Notes: generated from the sequence alone by a model not told the origin. A DNA stretch of 64,000 nucleotides from an uncultured Candidatus Saccharibacteria bacterium (GCA_964483665.1 CAZACP010000004.1:7399-71398), one strand, 5' to 3'; shown: positions 19,092 to 28,830, counted from the stretch's first letter. Program-made: numbers and translations.

Positions 19092-19871
19092 TCAGTCTTT
19101 TGGATTGAACGGGGCCAAAAACGCGGCAAGCTGTTCAAGCTTCCTAGCCAGTACAATATTCTCACCTTGAAGCCTGACGATGGCAGCCTGGTTTTCTTCT
19201 CTCTCACGCCGAAGAGCATCTAGAAACCCAGGTAAGGTCTCTGAAAGCTGGGTCAACAACCTAAGAAAGGCATTGACCTGAGGCGCTTCAAAACATTCGA
19301 CAGAGCCTGAATTCGCACGTTTTTTCCCCCGAAGAGACTGTTTGACAACACCCCTGTTTTTACAGAATTGGTAATAGTAGGTCGAAACCCCACTGTACGT
19401 TGCCCCAGTAAACCCATTTGAGATGGCAAGCATAACAAGCCTGTTAATCTCTGGGGGTGATTCCGCGTCTGGATTGCCGTTTTGGTACACAAACGCTTTC
19501 AGCGTTAGTCTGACTCCATTTCCCACACCGGGTGGCTGAACCGGCTTTACTGCAAGGGGCTCGGGTTCGGCCAAACCCAAGACCCTATGTAGCTTCGTCT
19601 CAAAATCGTTCTGCGCTTCAACCTTCACATACACGCAGCCTTCAATCTCGCCCGCACCTTTTATGACCAAAGCGGTCGCGTTCTCTCTAATTGCAGATTC
19701 GCAGCACAGAACGTGGGTTGTGTTCGAAGGAAACCGGAAAGGGTTTCTTATATCTGCTGTCAAAACTACACCAATTCTCGTGTCATCTGTGACCAGTAGA
19801 GCCAACTCGTTGCTAGCCGTAGTGATGTTAAAACCCACCAACCAGATGCTTGCCCCACTCCCTTTCTCCAT
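19092..19871 (-). CDS. hypothetical protein with C-terminal coiled coil (ORFan cassette)
   Basis: 259 aa; TTGAAA-17-TAGAAT promoter (~19952-19980); hairpin at ~19043-19081. Confidence 0.7.
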   Translation of the reverse strand: MEKGSGASIWLVGFNITTASNELALLVTDDTRIGVVLTADIRNPFRFPSNTTHVLCCESAIRENATALVIKGAGEIEGCVYVKVEAQNDFETKLHRVLGLAEPEPLAVKPVQPPGVGNGVRLTLKAFVYQNGNPDAESPPEINRLVMLAISNGFTGATYSGVSTYYYQFCKNRGVVKQSLRGKKRANSGSVECFEAPQVNAFLRLLTQLSETLPGFLDALRREREENQAAIVRLQGENIVLARKLEQLAAFLAPFNPKD

Positions 19872-20087
19872 GTGTATGCCCGCCTTTCGCTCAAAATCTC
19901 CGGGAAGTTTAACTAATTTTCATTAATCTTCCTCCCTGGAATATGTTTGTAATTCTACATTAAAAAAAGCCCTATTTCAAGGCTTAAAATATACCTAGCA
20001 AGCTAAACTGAATAGTGAACAAAAACAAATAGATTCCGGATAAATTTAACAGCAAAATAAATTTTCCGGAATGACATACTAAAAAAA

Positions 20088-20561
20088 TTATTTATACTTT
20101 GAAATCTCGTATGCTGCAACTCCGAACGCCACAGACACATTCAGACTTTCTTTTTGTCCAAACATAGGGATTTCTACCACCCTATCACAAAGCTTTAATA
20201 ATGCTTTTTCCACACCCCCAACTTCTTCGCCCAATATTAAAACCAAGGGAAACTTTGGTTTAAACTTGTTCAGCTTTATAGTTTTACCTTTTATATTGTT
20301 TTCAAGCGCAACAACCTGAATTTTTGGGTGTTTAAGTTTTAGCTCCTTAACTAACCTAACCGGTGAAATTTTATGTTCCCAAGGCACAAACTCTTCCGCC
20401 CCCAGCGCAGTTTTGCTAATTTTAACTTTATGCTTAAAAAGCTCCGGCGTAGGCGTATAGCCGGTTAAATAAATTTTACTTACAGAAAAAGCATCGGCAG
20501 TTCTAAACAGCGAACCAACGTTAAAAAGTGAGCGAATATTGTGAGCAACCACATAAAACAT
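20088..20561 (-). CDS. SpoU/TrmH family RNA methyltransferase
   Basis: HNIRSLFNVGSLFRTAD...LILGEEVGG...EIPMFGQKESLNVSVAFG. Confidence 0.93.
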   Translation of the reverse strand: MFYVVAHNIRSLFNVGSLFRTADAFSVSKIYLTGYTPTPELFKHKVKISKTALGAEEFVPWEHKISPVRLVKELKLKHPKIQVVALENNIKGKTIKLNKFKPKFPLVLILGEEVGGVEKALLKLCDRVVEIPMFGQKESLNVSVAFGVAAYEISKYK

Positions 20562-20575
20562 AACAAAATTATGGA

Positions 20576-20600
20576 AGTGTCAAAGGTCACCTTTGACACT
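20576..20600. repeat. REP-like palindrome; second copy 38240-38260
   Basis: agtgtcaaaggtcacctttgacact and tgtcaagggtcacctttgaca. Confidence 0.75.
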
Positions 20601-21136
20601 AAGGGTACTTTCGGCCTTCGATCTACGATTTTTTATTACCCACCAGCTATACCAAACAGCAAAAAAAGTATATTGCGGTATTAGAATTGCCCAATGCGCC
20701 CAACTAAGGCCCCAAGTTAACTTATAGTTAGAGATCGGGAACAAAAACGGGGTGTTGTAAAAATTTGGATGCGTCGGCATATCGAGCAAAATATGAAAAC
20801 CCCACGCCAGCATAGGAAAATAAACAATTTCCCATCCGCTTTTTTTGTGTTTAATTTTTCTGTACAAAGATGTAATTAAAAAACTACCGAAAAAACCACT
20901 AAGGAATGGGTAAAATTGTAAGCAAACGGCGCCCAATTTAAAGTCCAGTGGCTAAAATTCCAATTTTCAGGCCCGCCAAATCTGCCGGTTAAAAACGTAT
21001 ATATAAACAAAGGGGCAAATGGAATTAAGTCAGGCAAAACGCCAAAAGCCACCGCCACCCAGCGCATTTTGCTGTTATGCGGGTATTTTTTATAAACAAT
21101 AATATTACTCCAAAGACCGTGGGCTAAAACATCCAT
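20580..21136 (-). pseudogene. membrane metal-dependent hydrolase (YdjM-like), split by a frameshift
   Basis: H, PD, THSL motifs in 20876-21136 and HILLD motif in 20580-20936; one extra T in the T6 run (20878-20883) would join them. Confidence 0.75.
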
Positions 21137-21148
21137 AATTAGGTTACC

Positions 21149-21568
21149 TTACTCCAAGAGCTTTAAATTAAATTCTTCGTTATTCGTTCTGCTAATTTGC
21201 CCGTCCAGTTTTATTAAAAACATCTCACAAGTTACGGAAACGGTTAATTTAAAAACATGACCGCCAACAGTGGTAAAGTCATTGCGGCCAAACATACCAT
21301 GAGCGTGAATAAAAGGCTTACCATCAACCACACTGCCGTTGCCATTTAAAGAAACCATTTCAAATTCTTCCAAAAATATTTTTTTTCTGTAGTCTTTTAC
21401 ATGAACATTAAAGAAGCCCATTTCCAAGTCTATAACAGCTCCTACCGCGCTAAAAGTACAAGCTCCTATTTGCTCGCTTTGTAAAAATTCTCCCAACTTG
21501 CTTAAAACTTCTTCGCCTTTGTCAAAACGAAGAATATAACGACGGCCGTCTTTAAGAATGGTTTTCAT
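21149..21568 (-). CDS. PPC/DUF296 domain protein
   Basis: RFDKGEE, EMVSLNGN, HAH, GGHV. Confidence 0.9.
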   Translation of the reverse strand: MKTILKDGRRYILRFDKGEEVLSKLGEFLQSEQIGACTFSAVGAVIDLEMGFFNVHVKDYRKKIFLEEFEMVSLNGNGSVVDGKPFIHAHGMFGRNDFTTVGGHVFKLTVSVTCEMFLIKLDGQISRTNNEEFNLKLLE

Positions 21569-21666
21569 AGTAAGCGATCCTAACCTACGAATGCATCCGA
21601 ATTATCCGAATACTTAATTATTTAGACTTCGGGTCATTCGGATAAAGTTCGGATTGTTAGCGTCGG

Positions 21667-22050
21667 TTAATTAAGCTTCACGTCCCTGCTTAAAACGTCT
21701 CTAACTTTTTTCATTACTTCGTCTATAGACTGGTCGCTTTTAAGCAAATAGTCAGTAGCGCCGGCTTCCAAAATTTTGCTTATAGTCTCCATATCGCCCA
21801 TATTAGTCAAAACCACAACCGCGGTTTTTTTTGTTTCTTCGTTACTCCTAAGCTCCCACAATACCGAAATGCCGTCTAACTTAGGCATCATTATGTCTAA
21901 AAGCAAAAGGTCAGGCTTTATTTCCTTGGCTTTTGCCACAGCCTCTTCACCGTCATACGCCGGCGTGGCGTCGTAGCCGTTTTGTTTAAGCGCATCGCAC
22001 AAAGACGCGGAAATGAGTTTATCGTCTTCGGCAACCAAGATTTTGATCAT
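21667..22050 (-). CDS. single-domain response regulator
   Basis: AEDD, LLDIMMPKLDG, LTN, GATDYLLK; no output domain. Confidence 0.95.
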   Translation of the reverse strand: MIKILVAEDDKLISASLCDALKQNGYDATPAYDGEEAVAKAKEIKPDLLLLDIMMPKLDGISVLWELRSNEETKKTAVVVLTNMGDMETISKILEAGATDYLLKSDQSIDEVMKKVRDVLSRDVKLN

Positions 22051-22179
22051 AAATTTGTCTTTTATTTAAGGTTAATTTGTTGACATTATTATAGCAAAAA
22101 ACAAAAAAAATCAACACTATCTAGTAAAATCCCTTTAGTACTTTCGTATATTTTCGCACTTTAGTAGCCAATAGCCAAT

Positions 22180-23853
22180 TTACTCCAAAGGCAACGAAAA
22201 ATAAAAAGTGCTACCCAAATTTTCACCCGGGCTTTCCGCCCAAACTTGGCCGCCATGGGATTCCACAATGCCTTTTGTAACAACCAAACCAAGTCCGGTG
22301 CCTTTACGACTCCTGTCGCCGCTTTTAAGCTGTTTAAATTTCGAAAACAACACGGGCAAATCTTCCGGCGAAATGCCTATACCGGTGTCTTTAACCCCCA
22401 CGACAACGCGCTTTTTTTCCGGCTCGGTATTTACGTTAACGACTATTTCGCCCGTGTCCGAATATTTTATTGCGTTGCTAATTAAATTGCCTAACACCTG
22501 AGCCACCCTAACTCTGTCAAATTTGCACTTAAATTTTTCAGGCGAAGTGAACTTTATAGACAAATGTTTGGCTTCGGCCTGGGGTTTAAATGCGTCCACC
22601 TGCTGTTTTAACACTTCGACCAAATCATACTCCTGGGCATTTAACTCAAACTTCCCGGCTTCTATTTTTGCCACGTCAAGCAGGTCGTTAACCAACTCCA
22701 GCATATTGTTAGAAGCCGTTTCTATGGTTAAGAAGGTATCTTTTACCTTGGTTTGGTCGGTACCTTGAGCCGCGGCCAAAGTTTTTATCATTGATTCGCT
22801 TGACCAACGAACCGCGGTCAAAGGAGCCCTAAGCTCGTGCACCATCATGGCGGTAAATTCCTGACGCAATTTTTCCAAAGATTTTTCCGTGGTAATGTCG
22901 TGAAAAACCACGTTGGTGCCTATTTTTTCACCTGCATCGGTTTTAACCGGCGTAATGGTAATTTCTAAAGCTTTGTTTTTCAACACTACATCCGGCACAA
23001 AAACAGTTTTGTCTTCACTCAGTGCCTGGTCTATTTTAGTTCTCAAGTCCGTCTTGCCGGCAAGCGCGTCAACTATGTCGAACATCGTTAAAGCCTGACC
23101 CGGCTTAAGGCCCGTAATTTCTAAAATTTCCTTTACCGAATGATTAGCAATTAACAATTGGTGGTTTAAGTCCACGTTAATTATACCGTCGGCAATTGAG
23201 TCAATAACTGCTTCTAACTTCCCTTTTTCGCTATGCAAAACGGCCTGCAGTTTAGTAACCGCGGTTGCTGCCTGGTTGGTAATAGCATACAAAATAGATG
23301 CCTGTTCGTCGCCATAACGGCCCGCTTCCGAAGAAGCCACGTTTATAAGGCCGATTAACTTTTCTCCAATAACCACAGGTAAGTTGAAATAAGATTTTAC
23401 ATTTACGTTTATATTGTCGTCTAAAATATTTCCGGTTACGCTTTCATCAACTTTTTGAGGCTTTATATCCTCGTTTAAAATAGCCGCAAAAGCCTGGAGC
23501 ATTTTTTCTTTTACTTCCGAAATAAACTCGTGGTTAACCGTATTTTCTACATGGCATTTAAACACCACTTTATGGTCGTCGGTTAAAACCATATACGAAA
23601 CTGTGTCGTACTCCAGCAAATTACCAAGCGAATTGGTAATAATTTCCACCACTTTGTTGGTGTCTAAGCTATAGCCAATACGTTCGCTTATTTCTTTTAA
23701 CACCTGGGCTTGATAGACTTTTTGTTGCAGCTGCAGGCTCTGGCTTAAGCGTTTTCTTAAAACATTACGCTCTTTTAAAGAGCGAAAAACATACCATGTT
23801 ACAACAATGGCAAGGATAATAAAATCTACTACTAATAAAATATTGATGATCAT
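22180..23853 (-). CDS. sensor histidine kinase (TM-GAF-PAS-HisKA-HATPase)
   Basis: HELRAPL, NLISNAIKY, DTGIG, GTGLGL. Confidence 0.95.
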   Translation of the reverse strand: MIINILLVVDFIILAIVVTWYVFRSLKERNVLRKRLSQSLQLQQKVYQAQVLKEISERIGYSLDTNKVVEIITNSLGNLLEYDTVSYMVLTDDHKVVFKCHVENTVNHEFISEVKEKMLQAFAAILNEDIKPQKVDESVTGNILDDNINVNVKSYFNLPVVIGEKLIGLINVASSEAGRYGDEQASILYAITNQAATAVTKLQAVLHSEKGKLEAVIDSIADGIINVDLNHQLLIANHSVKEILEITGLKPGQALTMFDIVDALAGKTDLRTKIDQALSEDKTVFVPDVVLKNKALEITITPVKTDAGEKIGTNVVFHDITTEKSLEKLRQEFTAMMVHELRAPLTAVRWSSESMIKTLAAAQGTDQTKVKDTFLTIETASNNMLELVNDLLDVAKIEAGKFELNAQEYDLVEVLKQQVDAFKPQAEAKHLSIKFTSPEKFKCKFDRVRVAQVLGNLISNAIKYSDTGEIVVNVNTEPEKKRVVVGVKDTGIGISPEDLPVLFSKFKQLKSGDRSRKGTGLGLVVTKGIVESHGGQVWAESPGENLGSTFYFSLPLE

Positions 23854-23906
23854 TTTTGTTTTTGCTACAGAAACCTACTAAAACACACTACGTAAAACTA
23901 CAGAAG

Positions 23907-24314
23907 CTATTTAAAGTTATTTTGATTAAGCACCCTTTTTGGTGCTAAATATTTAGTTCGAAAGTTAACTAAAATACCAAGCTTAAAATTAGTTATATCC
24001 AAGTATCTTTTTATTTGTTCGAAATGTTCTTTTATTTAAAACCGAACAGCCTTTAGCTCCAATATTAATGCATTGTCAATAATAAAATCCACAATATTTC
24101 CTGTGTCCCCGATTATTACTTCTTTCTTATACTTAATACCATTTTCTGAAAATTTTTTCTCTAGCAACTTACTATATTGTTTCTCCTTAGCATATGGACC
24201 TAATTCTTTATAAACTTCAATCAATAAACCGTTTATTTTATAGCTCAAATCCCCGTACAAAAAATCTACCTTCAGTTTCTTCGTTTCTGTAGTTTTCTGT
24301 AGGTTATTACTCAT
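23907..24314 (-). pseudogene. GxxExxY family protein with one in-frame TAA
   Basis: LGPYAKEKQY...ILELKAVRF*IKEHFEQIKRYLDITNFKLGILVNF...; collinear with the intact copy at 39534-39923. Confidence 0.85.
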
Positions 24315-24328
24315 TCGTAGTTCTGTAG

Positions 24329-24595
24329 CTACAATGCTTTTATTGAAGGGTATTTTTCGAGCAATGAATTTAATGTCATTTGCGCGATTTGTCCGGAAAG
24401 CGCCATATATTCGTTGGCCACGCCTTTTAAAACCATAGGCGGGTTGCCGTCCATGTCCAAAACCGTTCCGTCGTCGGCTATTTTTACCCCCGGCACTTTG
24501 CGGGCTTTATCGAGTGCAATATTGGGGCCTAACACAACCATTTGCTTTTGGATCAAATCCGTAAGCATTTTTTTGTATTCTGCTTGGTCTTGCAT
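24329..24595 (-). CDS. small hypothetical protein upstream of the histidine kinase
   Basis: 88 aa, KQMVVLGPNIALDKARKVPG; co-oriented first gene of the module. Confidence 0.8.
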   Translation of the reverse strand: MQDQAEYKKMLTDLIQKQMVVLGPNIALDKARKVPGVKIADDGTVLDMDGNPPMVLKGVANEYMALSGQIAQMTLNSLLEKYPSIKAL

Positions 24596-24763
24596 ATTTT
24601 TGTTTCCTTAGCTCTTTCCTTATTTTTTCCCTCTCCAAGACTTGGAGAGGGTTAGGGAAAGGTTGATGATTTGTAAACTGAGGTAAGTTAACTTATTATA
24701 CCATAAAAAATACAAACACGCCTCTTAAGAGAAAACTCCACTGAGGCGTGCTTAGCAAAAATT

Positions 24764-25429
24764 TCAGCTTTGGAACGCGAGCCGTGCCCGCATGATCAAC
24801 TGTTTTTGAACCGCGGGAAAACCTTTCAACTCAGACAGGCGCATACTCACCGCACCACCCATAAGAATTTGGACTTTCAACTCATGGGGCTTATAAGGCA
24901 CTGAGTCGCGTGTTTGAAACTGAGCTATCTTGAGGTCAAAGGTTGGGCCGATCACATTCGAAACCTTACGCTGCGGTTCGTAGTAGACCACACCAAGGCC
25001 CAATCGACCTGAAAAAACCTTGGTACAGCCTTTGCCCCTAAGCATGTTGTTGAAACTTCGACCGTTCGTCCACGACCATGCACTGTAACAACGGACGGGG
25101 CTGTTTTCAGGCCAATCTCTAGGCTGAATTTGCCCGGGCCCTTCCACCATGAGGCAAGTGTGGAAAGCGTAGCCTGATCCGTCGATCGGTCTTAGTTGTC
25201 CCGCTTCAAGAAGAATCTCGGTTTGCTCCCACTTGGCAGCCATTTGCGACAACCAAGACAGCGAGAACATCTCGGGAGCAAACCGTGGCACGTAGGTGGT
25301 ATTTCCCGGCGAAAAATTATTCCAACCAGTTCCGGGTTTCCCAACCTGATACTTGTAACAATCATCCTCGAAGCGAAACCCGTAGCAAGGCACCAAAAAG
25401 CTGTTGTCGTTCTTTTCAACGTCTTTCAC
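24764..25429 (-). CDS. hypothetical protein (ORFan cassette)
   Basis: 221 aa, visibly more GC-rich than neighbours; TTGACC-17-TATAAA at ~25505-25533; hairpin at ~24716-24750. Confidence 0.7.
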   Translation of the reverse strand: MKDVEKNDNSFLVPCYGFRFEDDCYKYQVGKPGTGWNNFSPGNTTYVPRFAPEMFSLSWLSQMAAKWEQTEILLEAGQLRPIDGSGYAFHTCLMVEGPGQIQPRDWPENSPVRCYSAWSWTNGRSFNNMLRGKGCTKVFSGRLGLGVVYYEPQRKVSNVIGPTFDLKIAQFQTRDSVPYKPHELKVQILMGGAVSMRLSELKGFPAVQKQLIMRARLAFQS

Positions 25430-25534
25430 TTTAACCTACTTTTCCCTTCTTTAACTTGGTTTTGTCGCCTTGGTAGAAAGGAACACCAATACAAGCGACA
25501 ATATTTTATAGCACTTTCAACAGCAATGGTCAAC

Positions 25535-26968
25535 TTACCTTTTAAAACTCTTCCCCGGCCTTATGGAAATATCACCATCGTTATCAACTTCCTTAACTCT
25601 CCCAAAACCTACGCTGTCCCTAAATACTTTCCCTGCCTTTAAAACCGGGGCGTAAGACAAAGTAAATTTGCCGTATTTGGCGTTTACAACATCTATCGCG
25701 CGAGTAAGCGAAGCTTTGGCCGTTTGTTTTTTAAACAAAGACTGCTGAAGAATAAAAGGCTTAAGGCCTGCTACGGTAACGCCTATTAATTTACAATTGG
25801 CGATGATTTTATGTATATCGGTATAATTCTTTATAATATGCCTGGCTTCCCAAAATAAATCCCTTGCGTCAAAAATATCGGTAGACAATTTTGCAGAATG
25901 CCCGTAACTGTTATAATCGCCGTCGCGCACATACGCCACCACAATATTGCCCATTAATTTTTTGCGCCTAAGCCTCTCCCCCACCATTTCGCAAAGCTTG
26001 TATAAAACCGGCTCAAAAAATTCCGGCTTTCTGTATTCCTTAGGCAGAGTATACATATGGCCGATTGATTTTATACTTTCATCAAAATTCACTTTTGCTT
26101 TCCAGCTACCGCTTAACTGTCCCATATGGTGAAGGTGATAGCCGTTAATGCCAAACACTCGCACCAGTTTGCTTAAGGGGTAATCGCGCAGCTCTTTTAA
26201 AGTTTTTATGCCAAGTTCGTTTAACCTTTTTTCCTGCCTTTTGGCTATACCCGGTATGTCGGTAAGTTTAAGACGAGTATAAAGATCTTCTTTGGTTAGA
26301 TTTAAAACCCCATTTGATATTTGAAATTTGATATTTGAAATTAGCACTATTCCATCCGGCTTTTTTAAATCACTCGCAATTTTTGCTAGGAGTTTGTTCT
26401 CCGCAATACCTATGCTGCAAGTTAAATAATCCCCCACTTCTTTTTTCATTCGTTTTTTTATTTCCACAGCTACCCTAACCGCTTCTTGCCAAGGATTGGC
26501 CAATAAATAATCTTTAATTTCTGCCATATAAAAATATGGGTGTTCTATATTTTGAAATTTGGATTTTAAAATTTGTCCGCCAGCTGGCGGATTATTTAAA
26601 AATTTAAAATTTAAAATTGGAAATTTAACATTACAGCTTGCTGTAATGTCCACATACGCTTCATCTATGCTGGCCGGCTCAACAAAATTGCTGTAGTCCC
26701 TTAAAACTTTTAAAAACCGGCGATGATACTCCCTGTAAGCATCGGCCCTTGTATGCACCAAAATAATTTTAGGATACAGCTTTTTAGCTTCCCAGACCGG
26801 CGTGCCGGTCTTTATGCCCCAGCGCTTGGCTTCTATGCTGGCGGCAATAATAATGCCGCCCAAATGTTCGCACACGCCTAAAACCTTGCCGCGGTACTCT
26901 TTATTGTCTTGCTGCTCCACCGAGGCAAAATAGCTGTTCATATCTAAATGCAAAATTACATTTTGCAT
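25535..26968 (-). CDS. dinB: Y-family DNA polymerase IV with two repeat-derived insertions
   Basis: HLDMNSYFASVEQ, ASIEAK, SIDEAY, NKLLAKIASDLKKPDG, KSIGH. Confidence 0.95.
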   Translation of the reverse strand: MQNVILHLDMNSYFASVEQQDNKEYRGKVLGVCEHLGGIIIAASIEAKRWGIKTGTPVWEAKKLYPKIILVHTRADAYREYHRRFLKVLRDYSNFVEPASIDEAYVDITASCNVKFPILNFKFLNNPPAGGQILKSKFQNIEHPYFYMAEIKDYLLANPWQEAVRVAVEIKKRMKKEVGDYLTCSIGIAENKLLAKIASDLKKPDGIVLISNIKFQISNGVLNLTKEDLYTRLKLTDIPGIAKRQEKRLNELGIKTLKELRDYPLSKLVRVFGINGYHLHHMGQLSGSWKAKVNFDESIKSIGHMYTLPKEYRKPEFFEPVLYKLCEMVGERLRRKKLMGNIVVAYVRDGDYNSYGHSAKLSTDIFDARDLFWEARHIIKNYTDIHKIIANCKLIGVTVAGLKPFILQQSLFKKQTAKASLTRAIDVVNAKYGKFTLSYAPVLKAGKVFRDSVGFGRVKEVDNDGDISIRPGKSFKR

Positions 26969-27000
26969 AACTAATAATAATTAATTTAGGACTTAGGCGC

Positions 27001-27106
27001 TCGTCATTGCGAGCCCCGAGTCCTCGAGGGGCGAAGCAATCTTTTAATATAAACAAGCCTTATTAATAACAGATTGCTTCGTCCCAAAACCTCCTCGCAA
27101 TGACGA
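27001..27106. repeat. RPE-like inverted pair in the dinB 5' UTR
   Basis: tcgtcattgcgag...cgaagcaatct ... agattgcttcg...ctcgcaatgacga. Confidence 0.8.
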
Positions 27107-27141
27107 AAAACCATACTTTGCTTTGTCTCAAATATATTTTT

Positions 27142-27170
27142 ATAGTAAACGATAGTTCACCCAAAGTCAA
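27142..27170 (-). promoter_or_regulatory. sigma70 promoter of dinB with overlapping LexA-type box
   Basis: TTGACT-17-TACTAT; GTGAAC-tatc-GTTTAC (27145-27160) resembles GAAC-N4-GTTY. Confidence 0.65.
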
Positions 27171-27204
27171 CAAAAACAAACGCCGCGGGGGTATGGAAAA
27201 CCCC

Positions 27205-27471
27205 TCACGGCGCGTCTTTCCTAGACGGTCCAATTACCATTATTGCCCTTGCCGGTAAAAGCGGTTGAAAGTTTAATCTCGCGAGTGGATGAATAATAAA
27301 TATGTCAGGGGGGTCATCAATCAAAAAGTCTCTTACGACCCTTAATTGATTAATATGGGCAACCCAAATCACTTGATGGCATTTAATATCATTCACTGAT
27401 TGGACAAGAGCGTCTCTCCTGTCATAACCAAAAAACCCAACCTTCAATGGCTCTTTATGAGAATGCCACAT
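27205..27471 (-). CDS. 88-aa hypothetical protein downstream of a T-box leader
   Basis: AGGAGAAGGA before ATG 27471 (MWHSHKEP...); GC hairpin plus T-rich tail at the stop. Confidence 0.6.
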   Translation of the reverse strand: MWHSHKEPLKVGFFGYDRRDALVQSVNDIKCHQVIWVAHINQLRVVRDFLIDDPPDIFIIHPLARLNFQPLLPARAIMVIGPSRKDAP

Positions 27472-27497
27472 TTTTTCCTTCTCCTTGTTGTACGATA

Positions 27498-27690
27498 CAA
27501 AACCCGTCCCAAAGAATAACAAAAAAGTTATTCTCAAGGACGGGTTGATGAAGTTTCATCAGTTTGCCGCGGTACCACCTTGCTTTCCTAAAACTTAGGA
27601 CTCTTTTTACCGGATTTTACGGCTCGGGCAACCGTGCGGGATATTCCCCCGCCAGCGTTTTGGTGTGCGAAACCAAATCTTTAACTGCTT
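27498..27690 (-). ncRNA. T-box riboswitch, transcriptional type
   Basis: AAGGTGGTACCGCG T-box (27568-27581), 3' antiterminator strand CGTCCTT, terminator cccgtccttgagaataac/gttattctttgggacggg-TTTT, stem II, stem IIA/B-like and stem III hairpins; TTGACA-16-TAAACT promoter at 27742-27769. Confidence 0.8.
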
Positions 27691-27700
27691 TATACTATTA

Positions 27701-27732
27701 TTCCGCCAAAGGCGGATCCGCCTTTGGCGGAA
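27701..27732. repeat. TCCGCC-N4-GGCGGA double palindrome; single copies at 1526, 17943, 26576, 33096
   Basis: ttccgccaaaggcggatccgcctttggcggaa. Confidence 0.8.
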
Positions 27733-27790
27733 TTTTAGCTTAGTTTACCACTTACAAAAATTCTGTCAATAACTTTGAATAACCAAAGAC

Positions 27791-27874
27791 AAAATTTTAG
27801 TGTTCGACTTCATGGAGAACCTAAAATTTTATCTTAAATACTCAATATTGTTCTCCACGAGGTCGAACAATATT
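27791..27874. repeat. gene-less copy of the repeat pair flanking the GIY-YIG gene at 42604
   Basis: aaaattttagtgttcgacttcatggagaacctaaaatttt...ttctccacgaggtcgaacaatatt vs 42519-42600 and 42885-42960. Confidence 0.8.
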
Positions 27875-27903
27875 CCGGTTTCATGATTCAAAGTCAAGAA
27901 AAA

Positions 27904-28281
27904 CTAATGGTGAGCATGCATTTTTTTCCTGGTTTCTATATAACGCTTTTTGTGCAGCAAAAAAACCACGCCGCACATAATTAAATGCCCCAACCAAAAC
28001 TCCCAGGAACGAAAAATAACCGTGCCTAAAATAGCTGAAGTAATTAACAAATCTAAAAACAAAAAAACAACAAACCAAAAAAAAGCTACAAAAGCAGCTT
28101 CTAAAAAAGTTATAGCGCCCAAGCGGCGGCTTAAAACCAAACTCACAAAACCTACCGACCCTAAATAAACATAGTAGCCGGTTTCGCCGCTGCCTAAATT
28201 CCCGTTAAAATAAAAATACCTTAGGGCAAACAGACTTAAGCCGGAAATAAAAGTTATTAAAAAAAAGCTTTTTAGGGTCAT
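27904..28281 (-). CDS. hypothetical 4-TM membrane protein
   Basis: hydrophobic 125 aa ORF. Confidence 0.7.
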   Translation of the reverse strand: MTLKSFFLITFISGLSLFALRYFYFNGNLGSGETGYYVYLGSVGFVSLVLSRRLGAITFLEAAFVAFFWFVVFLFLDLLITSAILGTVIFRSWEFWLGHLIMCGVVFLLHKKRYIETRKKMHAHH

Positions 28282-28323
28282 TGTGGTAAATCTGAAACTT
28301 ACCTTTTACAAAAGCCGATTGTC

Positions 28324-28830
28324 TTAAGCTTTAGGTTTGGAAGTTTTTTTAGTCTTAGTAGTTCGTTTAGCCGCCGGCTTTTTTGCGGAAACCGTACTTC
28401 TTTTTATAACCCGTTTGGGTTTTAAAGCAACCGGAAAATTATTTTCCAAGTTTTCCAATTTTAACAAATCTGCTTCTATTTTTTGTGTGGCTTCCTGAAG
28501 CTTATGTTTGTAAACCTCAACCTTAACAGGCTTGTCGTCCCATATCCAGGCATTTAAGTAGGAAACCAGCCCTCCGTGAGCAGCTTCATGGTATACGGAT
28601 TTGTACCAATACTTGCCTAGCCATAAACCGTAACAACCGCCAATCACTAATACAACACTTAACGTCGCATAGTCCCAAAAAACAAACCTATAGTATTCAA
28701 AGCCCACATCAGCATAAGTAGCAAAAAGCAAGTAAAAAAATACGGCTATTCTATGGAGGATAAAAAACAACAGCAGCCCCATAAGGCCCGCCATAAACAA
28801 ATACGCCGATCTCCTAAAAGCATGTATCAT
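28324..28830 (-). CDS. hypothetical membrane protein with Lys-rich tail
   Basis: 2 TM, coiled coil, KKPAAKRTTKTKK tail. Confidence 0.7.
   Translation of the reverse strand: MIHAFRRSAYLFMAGLMGLLLFFILHRIAVFFYLLFATYADVGFEYYRFVFWDYATLSVVLVIGGCYGLWLGKYWYKSVYHEAAHGGLVSYLNAWIWDDKPVKVEVYKHKLQEATQKIEADLLKLENLENNFPVALKPKRVIKRSTVSAKKPAAKRTTKTKKTSKPKA

Noticed and set aside
24036-24038. Stop-codon reassignment
   Set aside because: TAA, TAG and TGA all end genes normally elsewhere; a single TTA-to-TAA change explains this case.
27472-27537. ORF-track start at 27537
   Set aside because: It lies in the T-box terminator; the SD supports ATG 27471.
25535-27690. T-box control of dinB (starvation-induced mutagenesis)
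   Set aside because: A terminator (~27172-27214) and a separate promoter with a LexA-like box lie between the T-box ORF and dinB.
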